Assembly (NCBI GenBank): GCA_001244265.2
Contig: CDLV01000011.1
Location: forward strand, 744,001-808,000
Source of the DNA: Microbotryum violaceum
Lineage: Eukaryota
Reading direction: 5' to 3'
DNA length: 64,000 bases
Positions 1 to 11,384 of this stretch are shown here, piece after piece. A program made the translations under genes and the position numbers. The notes under the pieces were generated by a model. The model was not told the DNA's origin. It was given only the letters and a program-made list of their open reading frames with translations, and did no database searches. Each line of letters starts with the position of its first letter. The stretch's first letter is position 1.

Positions 1-14
1 TAAGATATACTCAC

Positions 15-180
15 TTGACCTTCCCGTTAGGTCGAGGAATACTCATATCGTCTTTGATCGAGACGACCGGTGGAGAGCGGTAGTAGTGCCGTAGACCGTA
101 GGCCAGGAGCAACGGCAGAGCGAGATAGAAGACGAGTCGCTTCGACCTGGACACGATCGTGTCAACGACGCGTGCGACGC
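15..180 (-). CDS. Partial 5' exon of an unidentified gene that runs off the left edge
   Basis: Minus-strand frame ...RLVFYLALPLLLAYGLRHYYRSPPVVSIKDDMSIPRPNGKVK ends at a GTGAGT donor near position 14. A possible ATG is at 46 and a hydrophobic stretch lies upstream. Product not recognisable. Confidence 0.35.
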
Positions 181-496
181 CGGACTGGGGAGGGAACAGC
201 AGAGGCACGATGCGAGTGGACTGGACTGCAGCTCCGACGAGGTGGGAGCAGAAAGGGAAGCGCAGATGGAAGAGCAGAGACACTCGATTGCCGACTTTAC
301 ACCCGGGTTTTCGCACAGACCTCAGCTCCCTCGGCCGCGTACGGAGCACGGACCGCTACTGCTAGCTACCGCTTGGAATGGCGCTACGTCAACGCGCCAC
401 ATCGCTGACCACGCGCTTCGCAAGCTCCTGCCATGCACCCGTAGCCCACCCCGGCAATTGTGGTGGCACCCAGCCAGGATAAGACCAGAGAGAAAA

Positions 497-1307
497 ATGG
501 ACTGCCGGGATGACCTCACCTCGGTCGACCTGGATCATTCGGTCGTGACGGAATCGCTCGCGTCGGCGACGTCGTCCTCGACCATCTCGCTGTACCCCTT
601 CATCGACCACCATGGCTGCTACGGTACCAACCTCGCCCTTCCCGACTCGTTGCCGCGTGTGCTGAGACCATTGGACAGCAAGGACGTGTGTACCGCGAAC
701 GACGAGCTGGGCGAACCGGACGATGCGTTGAACCCGAGTAGGGGGGGGCCTTGGACCGGAGGCTCGATCGATAGTCAGGACGACGATGATGAACTCTTGG
801 TCCATGTCAAGTTTACTGAATTGGTCAAGATCAAGTCCGTGCTCATTGGTGAGTTTGTTATGACCTCGCTCGGATTCATTACGACGAGAAGCTGACTCAT
901 CCCGATCATAACGATGTACAGGCACCGGCGGTGGGCGAGCTTCGAATGCGCCTCGTCTCCTCAAATGCTGGGTCAACCGAGTCGACGGTCTCACCTTTTC
1001 GGACGTCAACTCGACCGCGACCTCGCAAGAGTTTGAACTGCTCGAGTCGACGTCAGGATCGCACGATTCGCTCGAATATCCCGTCCGATTGGCACGGTTT
1101 TCCAACGTATCTACCATCGATCTCTACTTTGCCAATACGAGAGGTGGGGAGAGCTCGAGGCTGTACTATTTGGGTTTTATGGGCGAGTCGAGACGGATCA
1201 AGAAGGAGGAGAACTCGGGCATGACCGTCGGCGCAGAGACGGGGGTGGATACCATGATTGATCGTATGAAGGAGTCCAAACCGAGTGGGGGAGCATCCGT
1301 GAGGTAG
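497..1307 (+). CDS. PITH-domain (proteasome-interacting thioredoxin-like, PITHD1-family) protein, 2 exons
   Basis: SLYPFID...SQDDDDELLVHVKFTELVKIKSVLIG, intron ~849-921, then NAPRLLKCWVNR..LTFSDV...EYPVRLARFSNVSTIDLYF...SRLYYLGFMGE. These are typical PITH motifs. Confidence 0.88.
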
Positions 1308-1694
1308 AGATCTATTGATGCGCTCGTTCTTGTACTGTTGCGGCACTGTTGTATACGTACCTCTCATAGCGCGAAAAGGTCGGTGGAATGTGATGCATCT
1401 TTTATGGGCCCTCAGAAAAGAAGGTACTACGAGAGCGAGTGCAAACAAAAGGGCACAGTTATATAATGAAAGTTTCGCTGCGATTTTTTGCATACCGGGT
1501 CAGTCATCAAATGCAGCCATTCAGAGTTGAACGTTGGTCGGCCGGTTCGAGCGTTCGGCCTTCGGCGATTCGGAGATCAACGTTCATAGATTCATCGCCC
1601 TTCAACGCGCGCTGACGAAGCCTCACTCGCATTAACTCTCTTTGACGATTCCCCTTTCCCACCGGTCTTGGCCTACACAACCCTGTTTTCGAGC

Positions 1695-3015
1695 ATGGAA
1701 GAGACGGATGCGATCATGTCAACGTCACCCGAACTCACCCTGAGCATCTCGTACTCGGGTCAATCGCACCTTGTGACGATGACGACATCCTCGACCCTCT
1801 CCTCGCTCCAAGCTGAACTCGAACAGCACTTCAACGTACCCGTGTCGGCTCAAAAGCTCTTGATGAAAGGCCGCAAACTGGATACCACCAACCAAGACAT
1901 ACCACTCTGCACCTTCATTGGCACCTCTTTATTGTCGTCGAGCTCGAGTTCAGCTTCATCAGCGATCAAGCTGCTCTTGATTGGACCTCAATCCGACTCA
2001 CTCAAGCAACTCCAACAACGTGACGAGCTTCAAGCATCCAAACGAGCCGCATTCGAATACCACAAGGCCCACAGACCACGTCCTGTAGTCAAAACGGGTT
2101 CCGCAAAATTCGCCAGTCTCGGCACGATCGAGGATCATGGGGACATGTACAAGTTCCATAATATTGCACCCTTCCCACCGCAGGTCCCGTCGGAGCAGGC
2201 GAGGAAGAAGATGTTGGACAAGTTGGATCAGGATCCGGGGGTCAAGTGGTTGATGAAGCAGCATCGATTTGTGGTGGGAACGCTGTGAGTAGTATGGCTA
2301 CCGAAGCGGAGCAGGCGGTGGTGCAAGCCTTGGTCGAAGAATTGGCTACTGAGAGGACTCCATACAACTCCACCAGTACTGAGCTACATCCCCTCAAGGA
2401 CCCGACTATCTTGGGCTTGAACAAGAACGCAGGACAAGAAATTTGCTTGCGATTGTTGACCGACGACCTGTCAGGTCTGTGCCAGTCCTCTCCTCGTCTC
2501 GTGCGGAGACATATTGGGAAAGAGCACGACTTGACGAAACTCTTTTTTGATATACTCTATACAGGTACACGGGCTTATCTGGATGTTCGAAAAGTGTTGC
2601 TGCACGAACTAGCGCATAATCGGTTCGGTCCTCAGTACGCAATCGCATACGTTTTCGACTGTCCTCTCAAGGCAATGCACTGATGACTCGTTCCTTCCTT
2701 CTCTACAGCGACAATGATTTCAAAGAGCTCAATTCGTTACTCAATCGCGAACTGAATGAATACGAAACCAAACACGGCCTGATCACGCCGGAAGGACTGA
2801 TCGCTCGTTCACGAGCCTGGGAACCCGATCCTTCTCAACAAGAGAAGGAGGAACCCAAGCGGACTGCGAGGAGGTTGGACGAAGAGGAGGAGGAGAAGAA
2901 TCTGGCGTCGAGGGTGAGGGATCTGAAGTGGATAGAGGAGGAGGAAGTGGAGATGAAAAGGGAGAGGGTCAGGATTGCTGCGGAGGAGAGGAGGAGTCGG
3001 CAGGCGCAGGAATGA
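1695..3015 (+). CDS. Ubiquitin-like + WLM-domain metalloprotease (Wss1/Wss2 family), 4 exons
   Basis: N-terminal UBL (LQAELEQHFNVPVSAQKLLMKGRKL). WLM motifs ELHP...LGLNKNAGQEICLRL and VLLHELAHNRFGPH|DNDF; the HExxH...H zinc motif is intact across an intron. Confidence 0.9.
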
Positions 3016-3401
3016 GACTGCACAGGAGTCGAAGAAGGAATCGCAACTGGGAGCTGTTGTTGTAGCACGTATGGCTGGAATGCACCGAGCACTACCAACG
3101 AAGACATTGTCAATGACAAGCACTGAAGCGATATGCATTTTCCCTGAGCTCTCCGAGTCGGGTAATTCTTGGGAATGAAAATTGAGCCGAGCGGTTGTGA
3201 TGACGCGGGCCGCCGGTCTCTTACAGCGCTCGGCCCCATCCCAGCGACCCACACCGTCCTCGTCGCCGATCACCCCGGCTGGCTCTCAGCTCCATCCACC
3301 ACTTTGTCGCTCTGCGCGAGCGCGCTGGCGCACGTTCGCCTCTCCAGGGGAAACACCCTCATCCCTCCTGCGGGTCGTGTCCGCATCAAGGCCAAAGCAA
3401 C

Positions 3402-6400
3402 ATGACCGATGACTCGAGCAGTTCGCGAGCGCCGACGCCCTTGGCCATCTTGAAGCGACAAGCCGACGTCACACCCTTCACCTCGCAGCCGCACACCGTC
3501 AAAGCATGGCTGACGAAAGCAAAACAGGCGTTTGATACGAGTCACCAGCAATGGAGGGTGGGGAAACCGCCTAGGTCGGATGCGAGACAAATCGAGGCGG
3601 CGTATGTCGCGGCCAGGCTGGGAGCCGAGTGAGTGTCTTGGTCAGCTTTGGGGAATCTGCTATCGGGATAGGAGGTCCTCTTGAAAGACGGTCAAGGGAT
3701 GAGATAAGGATTGTGTTCGAGGTGAATGTGGAGTGCCAAGAGGTTCTAGTATTCGACGGAGAATCCGCGATGTGATGACAATGACGACCCACACGACCTC
3801 CGACCATGACGACGGCGGCTAACTCGGCTCTTCTCACTCGGTTACAGGTTCTCTAAACTAGCACGAGCACATCCAGGATACAAAAATATGACAATCGCCG
3901 ACAAGGCTCTATTCGGAGAGGTCGAGCAGGTTAGTGCTAGTCCACTTCAAACGCCCTCAAACGCCCTGCTGCCCAAAGCTGTGTCTCACCCCCACCCCCC
4001 ACCTTGAGCTGACACGAGTTCACACCTCCACACTTCCGCGCGCCTCCGTACAGCAACTGTCGCGCATGTCGAGCGTACAGCCCGAGATGGTCGCATGGCT
4101 CGAACAGAGGGAACGGGAATGGAACGATCGATTTGGCGCTCTGGGCCAGAAAACGTTGCATCGGAGCGACGCGACCGCGAGCACCTCTAGAGCTTCGACA
4201 TCTCGCGACACCATTGACTCGTCTGTTCACGCCAGCGGGTGAGCAGTGAATGCTAGATCTGGGCTGCATAAGCAAGTTGTCGGATTTCTGACCCTTCGAG
4301 GTCGCGTTGTGGTGCAGATCATCCTCTGGAGCCGGGCCCACCCCTGCTCCGGTCATTTCCATCACGGAGCGACTAGCCAACTTGCGAGCATCTGGAATGG
4401 CCATGAACAACGCGAGGCCGACGAATGGCGCAGGTCAAACCTCAATACCACGTCCGGTTCCTTTACCAATGGCTCTGCGGCATGCTGCCGCACCGAAAGC
4501 ACTGCAGACTCTCGATCTCGACGGATTCGATCCGTCCTCTTCGACGTTGAGGAGAGTCGACTTCGTCTCGGGCAAAGCTGTCGAGCGAACAGGAAGCGCG
4601 CCACCTGTCATTCCACAGTTCAAGAATTGGAACGAGCTCTACAATGATGGAATAGCAGCGGGAAACGGCTCTGGGCCCAGTTCGAGCGCTCGGTCCAATG
4701 ACGCGTCGCCGTCCCCGACAGGTGCGACTTTCGACAGTCGCTTCCCCGGCCTCGACGATTTCGAAAAGCTGAGCGGTTCCAGCTACTCTTTCCCGCCTGT
4801 ACCGTCCTTCGAGCCCGGGGCAAAAGCCGGTGGGGGTTCGGTTGTTTCCAGCGGTTTCTTAGCTCCACTACGGCCCTCGACCTCGGCATCCACATCGGGT
4901 TATCCCTCCACACCGCCTCCCCGACCCGATCTACCTTCCGCACTCGTCCCCGGGGGTCGAAGAGCGGCACCACCACCTCCATTACCATCTTCTTCATCCT
5001 CTTCACAACCGAGCTCGCGCGCTCGCTCCGGCTCTTCCGACTCGACCTCTTTGCTCTCTCGACCCCCTCCTGCTCCGCCGTCATCGGGCGCGACACGGCA
5101 TTTCGACATCCCCTTCACAAATGAGGTCACACCGATGGCCCTGCATCACTACCTTCACCAAGCGCTCGCCGAGTCGGATCGAGGTCCTCGGGTTCTGCTC
5201 CTCGACGTTCGGAGTCGAGAAGAGTATTCTCGAGGTCGAATCATGGGCGAAAGCGTTTGTCTCGAACCGATCATCTTGCGGAACGGAATATCGTCGAGCG
5301 ACCTCGAGTCGGCTTTGACCCTTTCGCCGAATCACGAGCAACGCCTGTTCGCTGCAAGGAACTGCTATGATGTCGTCATCATCTACGATCGAGCATCCAC
5401 GACGTTGCCGACCCTTGCACCGCATTCGACCTCGTCGGAAGCTCAGAGGGTGCTGTGGAACCTCGTCGCCGCGATTTACGAGAGGGAGTTTCAAAAGAGC
5501 CTCAAGCGGCAACCGGTGTTGCTCAAGGGTGGGTGGGAGGCTTGGGAAATGCACGTTAGCAGCAAAGAGGCAGAAGGGGATGGACTTCGCGCTGCAACGG
5601 GCCCGAGCGAGCGGAGAGGGAGCGCAGGGAGCGAAAGCAATCTGAATCGAGACGAGCTGAAGAGGGCCAATCGCAAGACATCCATTGTCACCAACCCGGG
5701 GGGGACGACGGTGATGAGGAACGGGGCTGGAACGCCCAGTTTCAACGCTGGCTCGCCGAGGTTCTCGTCGAATGGCTTCTTCAGTGCGCCCTCGTCGAGC
5801 TTTGCGAGCTCTTCATTGATGCCTTCGTCTGCGGGGGCACTCGGCTCGGGTCTCATACCACCGCGATTGACGATGCCACCTCAGGCTGCGCAGCCATCGA
5901 CCGTGCGGCCCTCTTTCGACTCGGGATACGTCAGCTCGGGCTACAACCCCTCTTCATCGACAACAGCCTACTCCCCTCACCCTCCGCAACCTTACCTCAA
6001 CGGAATGTCTTCCTCACAATCGCTCTCCTACCCTAGTCCGTCCCTGAATGGGTCGCCAAGAATGAGTCAAACGTTCGACAGCTACGGCGATCTACACTCG
6101 CAAAGCTCGAGGTTGTTCAACCCTCGAGGGTCGATCGACTATCCTCAATTGCACGGGAAAGTGCTTCCCAGCCTTCCGCCTCCAACGGGTAGCATGCGAC
6201 CCTCGGGCGCTCCGGCCTTGCCCCCCACGCCTTTGACTCGGCCACCTGCGGTTCGCGCCGCGCCTCAGCGGTCCAATTCGTCCTACACGGGCGTTTCGAT
6301 CAACTCGTATTCGTCGAACCACTCCAACTTCCCAAGCAACTTCTCGTTCGACAACAACGCGGTTGGGCTCACGGGGCTTAGGAATCTTGGCAACACTTGT

Positions 6401-7654
6401 TACATGAACTCGACCATACAGTGCCTCTCGGCCGCGATCCCTTTTGCGCGCTACTTCAAGGACCGATCTTATCAACGCGACATTAACTTTACGAACCCTC
6501 TAGGGACCCGAGGTGCCCTGGCCGATGCGGTGTCGGAGTTGATCCGCGCCATCTGGGCCCAGCAATACATGTTCTTGTCCCCCGTCACCTTCCGGGAAAA
6601 CATCTGTCGGTTCGCCCCCCAATTTCGAGGATCGGATCAGCACGACGCGCAAGAGTTCCTCGGTTTCCTCCTCGACGGCTTGCACGAGGACCTCAACTAT
6701 GTGACCAACAAACCCGCACCGATCGAGATGACCCCTGATCGGGAACATGACCTCGAGACGCTGCCGCCGCAGTTGATGAGTGATCGCGAGTGGGACATTT
6801 ACAAGATGAGGAACGATAGTTTCGTCGTGCAGTGCTTCCAGGGCCAGTTTAGGAATCAGCTCAAGTGCTTGACCTGTGGCAAGACGTCGACGACATATAA
6901 TGTGAGCTAAACTCTCAGCTTGAAACTTAAGGCGATCTTTCGTTACTTACAAACACGCTCTCAACAGACCTTTATGCCCCTCTCGATCCCGATCCCTTCC
7001 GGTCGGGGTATTACGAAAACGACGCTCTATGAATGCATTCAAGGCTTCGTACGGGAAGAGATTCTCGACAAGGACGATGCATGGTTCTGCCCACGCTGCA
7101 AGACGAACCGCAAGGCGACCAAAAAGCTGTCGCTGTCGAGGTTACCGCCGATCCTCGTCATTCACCTCAAGAGGTTCTCGTTCCATGGGCCGTTCAGTGA
7201 TAAGGTTCGTAACCCGATCCGAATATATGGGAGGAAGGAAAAGCAAGCTGACGTATCCCGCGATGATGTACAGATTGAAACGTTTGTTCAATACCCCTTA
7301 TTTGGACTGGACCTCACGACCTTAATCCCACCACCGTTGATGGATATGCGATCGAACGCCTCGAGCAGCAAGGTGCCTCCTAAAGGCTACGTGTACGATT
7401 TGTTTGGCGTGACAAACCATTATGGCAACCTCAGTTCGGGTCACTAGTCAGTCACCTTCGCCATTTAACATACGCTGAGGCGGAAATGTTGCTCACCTAT
7501 CCTTTGTTGGCTTGTTTAACCATACAGCACGGCCTACGTGCGCAACGGCCGCGACTGGTACAACATCGGCGATTCCAAGGTCACGCCTGTGGACCCTCGG
7601 ATCGTCGAAGGCAACAAGTCGGCGTACATACTTTACTTGGCTCTTCGGCAGTAG
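3402..7654 (+). CDS. DOA4: Ubiquitin C-terminal hydrolase, Doa4/USP8 type (N-terminal helical domain, rhodanese-like domain, C19 peptidase)
   Basis: Rhodanese-like VLLLDVRSREEYSRGRI...PVLLKGGWEAW. Cys box GLRNLGNTCYMNSTIQCL, QHDAQEFL, and His box HYGNLSSGHY|TAYVR..WYNIGDS. Stop TAG at 7652-7654. Confidence 0.92.
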
Positions 7655-8328
7655 GAGCCGTGAGATTGACGATGGGATTGAATTTATCTGGTGTTCGATT
7701 GTTCTACTTGCAATGCAGGTTCTGGGGCACCTTTCTGGTCCCTTGCTCTGCGAAGATTTCGTCCTCCTCGGTCGCACCACTCTTAGGGGCCCGTCTCGAG
7801 CTCGGTCGTCCATTACTTTATCTCCCTCTTATCTCTCATCATGCCCAACTTTCCGAGATCATCAGCATCACTGCCCCCTCGCCCACGACGACGATCGAAC
7901 TCCCGCGTCCGTCAAAAACAAGTCGCACCAACGATGTCCTAGCCCAAGACTCCAAAGAGTGAGTGAGCATGCCCAGCTCGGCTCAACTTACGAATGAAAA
8001 CGTTTCATTTCTAGGTGCTATCGTGGGAGCCTTGTTTCAAGGGGGTTGATTCACTTTTGTGTTTGCAATCGAATCACACGATATCCCTATCGAAGATCAT
8101 CTTGTTCACATTTTTTATCAGGTTCCGAAAGGACTGCTAAAGATGAAGATCACGAAAAGAGCCATCACAATCGTCGAGACGGTCGCGTATGCTACGCCTC
8201 AAGCGAATGGGTTGTTCTCGTTAGGAACAACCCAAAAAAAAAACCCCCAAAAAAACCCCAAAAAAACCCCAGTTTGAACAGGACTGAAAGAAAGGGAGAA
8301 TGGAAGAAATGGTCTTGGTTCGATTCGT

Positions 8329-9374
8329 TCATTTGGGTACGTTTTCCCTCGCCTGTTGTCGAATGCGTTTCCTATTGGGTGAAGCGTTAGGCGATCAGTC
8401 GTGTTCTTCCGAAGTGGGACGAAGCATCGCTCTCGACTCACTCATAGGCTACTCGGTCCTTCCTAAAGTACGTCGAGACCATAGTAAAGCAAACGTCAGT
8501 GCTCCCGGATCATATTTGTCGCGGGATTCAAAGATTCGGGGCCTCAGCAACGTACTTGAATAACTGGTACGCATCCAATTGGGCCGGGTCATCCGCGTTC
8601 GGCGCATCAAGCAAGTCTTGAATCCCGAGCAGGATCTGCTTGACCGTCAAAGCCGGCTTCCAGGCTTTTTCTTCGTTGAGGATCGAGACTGTGAGTGCGA
8701 GGATTGGGATGCGGGTCGGTGAGTTTGTCAAGAGATTGGAGGGAGAGAGAAAAGGGACTAGACGTACGACAAACGGTTCCGGAGGGGTAGACATTGGGGT
8801 GGAAGAGCGGGGGAACGAATTTGCCTGTATAATCGAGAATGCGAGGTTGGGTATGAGCACCTCAGAGGGATTTTGCCAGTATGAGCGATCACATCGCGCT
8901 GGCCTGAGACGAACACTTGGGAGGCTTGGAGGGGTAGTCTGGGGGTGAGGTCGCAAGCTTATATCAGTACCTGCTGGGACTGATTCGGAAGCCACGCACC
9001 TTCGGGAAAGATCATCTGCAGCTTGAACACGCCATCGGCCCAAATCGTCTGTGCGGCAGGGACATCGCCGAAAGTCAGAGGTCGATCGCAGACAACGTAA
9101 AGTTCTGTAACTCACGCCATCCTTGCCGGGAATTCCGACGTCCCAGGTCATGAGGTCCAACTCATTGCCTTTTTTTTGAGGACGAGCCCAGAAACCCTGT
9201 GAGCTCCGGATAGCACAAGACAGAGAGGCGATGAGGTCAGAGTTTTTTTTTTTGAAATCAGGAAAGAGGAGAGCCGAGGGATTCGCCGAATCGACTACGC
9301 ACGTAGGGGTGGTCCTTGCGCCATTGTTTTCGTTCTTCTTGGAGACGGATTTGGCAGATGCCGTTCGCGGCCAT
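8329..9374 (-). CDS. UBC9: SUMO-conjugating E2 enzyme Ubc9, multi-exon
   Basis: [84 protein letters not shown]-terminus [13 protein letters not shown]. Confidence 0.96.
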
Positions 9375-10105
9375 GTTGGAGTTGAGGGTGATTGCGCTCA
9401 AGGTGAAGCTGAGGCGACAGAGTTTGGAGTTGGGCGATCGAGGCCACGGCGTACGATGGAAAGGAGAGGAACGATGCCGATCTGTGTACAGCGCAGGATC
9501 GCAAAGATGAGCTTGGTGGTCAGCTTTCACAAGGTTCGAACAGGAACTGGTGGCATGGCTCGTGATGGGCGGTTGTCCGTACGAGCCAGTGTCCCTGATG
9601 AGGAGAGGCGAGCGGCGACAAGCGTGCAGTCGATCATGCTCGGATGTGAGCTAGTGCGTGATCCAGGAACCGATGATGATCATGTGTCATCCACGACAAG
9701 CTTTCCCTGCTGGCGCCAAGTATCGTGCAGGTGGCGGCACACGCGGAGCCTCACATACGCGTCGTCGCCGCTCGCTCGATCATTTATTCGGTCGGTCGGA
9801 CGCTGCACAAGACTTGATCGCGAAGGGACGTAGTGCTACGATGATCGCGTACTCACCCTGGTTGCGTGTGGCGTCGGAGAGCCGTCCGATGGCTCGAACA
9901 CGGGGGGAGGGAGAAGCGGAATCGGACGAGAGTCGAGATCGCCGTGTGTCGCGTGAGCGGGGGGTGACATTTGCTCGTTATGACCTCCAAGGATAGAAAT
10001 TCTCAATGCTCTCAATCTTGGACGCGGCACATCGCATCGAGACGTGTGCCGAGTTGGGGATGCGATACATTGCTACACTCGATGCACATCTACTAGATCG
10101 AGCGA

Positions 10106-11107
10106 TCATACCTGTCTTTCCTGTACCCATTTCATCAGTGTCGGTGCTTGCTCCAGTTGGTTCTTGAGCGACCTCGTCGTCTCGTTCCTGGGCAGGTCCA
10201 ACACGATCGACAAGCAGGTGTACAGCCATGCGTCGAGGTCCGTTGCTGATCTGAGAGCAGCAGATTTGTTGGGCGTAGTGTGAGCATATACGACTTGAGA
10301 GCTCTACCCCTCGGAGACCATCCCAGAAAAAGCCACCTACTCGCTCCCATCCCACCACGAACTCTTCTTCATCGACGCCATCTTGACCTCGACCGCTTCG
10401 ATCGTCTCCTTGGCGCCCAACTCGACCTTTTCAACGTCCAAGCCGGCCTCGAATCCGACATCGTGACGTGCGTGCAATGCCTTGATCTGCTTGATCCGTT
10501 CGGTCCTTTCGAAGCGGCTCGAGAGGCTTTGTACGAGCGAGGTTAGGTACGGCGCTGGGGTCGCAGGGACGAGGCGGACGGGTTTCGAAGAGAGGTACAG
10601 AGATGATAGGAGGGCGGGTAAGAGGGTCGATTGGATCAGGGACAGGTACGCCAATCGGCTCGCCTCGACGTCACCGCCACTCGGTGCACTCGAGCTGGAA
10701 GTAGGGGAAGACGAGCGCGAATGCTTTGCCTTGTGCTGCTGCTGTTGAAACCAGTTGGGAATCTCATCCCGTGATAGAAGATCGCCGTTGGGGAGGTGCA
10801 ATGCGGGCAGTCGGCCTTGGGGCGCTCCCAACGGACTCGAACACCACCTCACCTTGTTGACCGAGTCGAGCTGCGAAAAACGGGCCAACGTCGCAGCGTA
10901 GCGACTGTAAGGGTCCAGTGACTGAGGTTCAGAGGTGGGATCGGTTGACGAGGACGAGGAAGACGCTGGTGGTGGCCCGAGTAGCCAGAGAGTGGGCTTG
11001 CTCGGTGCCGGTGTCGCGGTCGGTGGAGCATCGTAGACGACGAGCGGGAAGTGCGAGAAAAAGGACCCGACGAAGCCCGGCATCGGGATCGAAGGCAGAC
11101 CTGGCAT
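10106..11107 (-). CDS. Metaxin-family mitochondrial SAM complex subunit (Sam35/metaxin-2-like), 2 exons
   Basis: FFSHFPLVVY, PTLWLLGPP, SLDPYS, APQGRLPALHLPNGDLL. The GST-C-like end ATDLDAWLYTCLSIVL follows an intron at ~10339. Confidence 0.75.
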
Positions 11108-11384
11108 ATTGACTGAGAAGAGAGGTCAGGTGCGGCGTGGTTGTGCGTGTACGTCCCCGTGAAGACGTGAACGGCAAGGCGCGATGACGAGTTGACCCGG
11201 CTCGATTCGTTATGTTTCGTTTCGTTTCGTTTTCGTTTCGCCGGCTGGCCAATTACAATTACAATTTCGGCCGTGTTTGTTGCTCCCCGAATAACTAATC
11301 AAGCTGCCCCGTTGACATCACGCTCGACGACGCGCCGCTCTGCTTCACCCGCCTGTGCACTCGCAGCGCACACCACTTGGCACC

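Noticed and set aside
8228-8270. C4-5A7-10 repeats resembling telomeric repeats
   Set aside because: Irregular units, not TTAGGG-like and internal; best read as a G/U-rich tract in the UBC9 3' UTR.
7840-8280. Short ORFs and a GTGAGT...CTAG intron-like segment between DOA4 and UBC9
   Set aside because: No coherent spliced ORF or recognisable domain; likely overlapping 3' UTRs.
9596-9640. CTGATGAG resembling a hammerhead ribozyme core
   Set aside because: No stem II followed by GAAA and no flanking stems.
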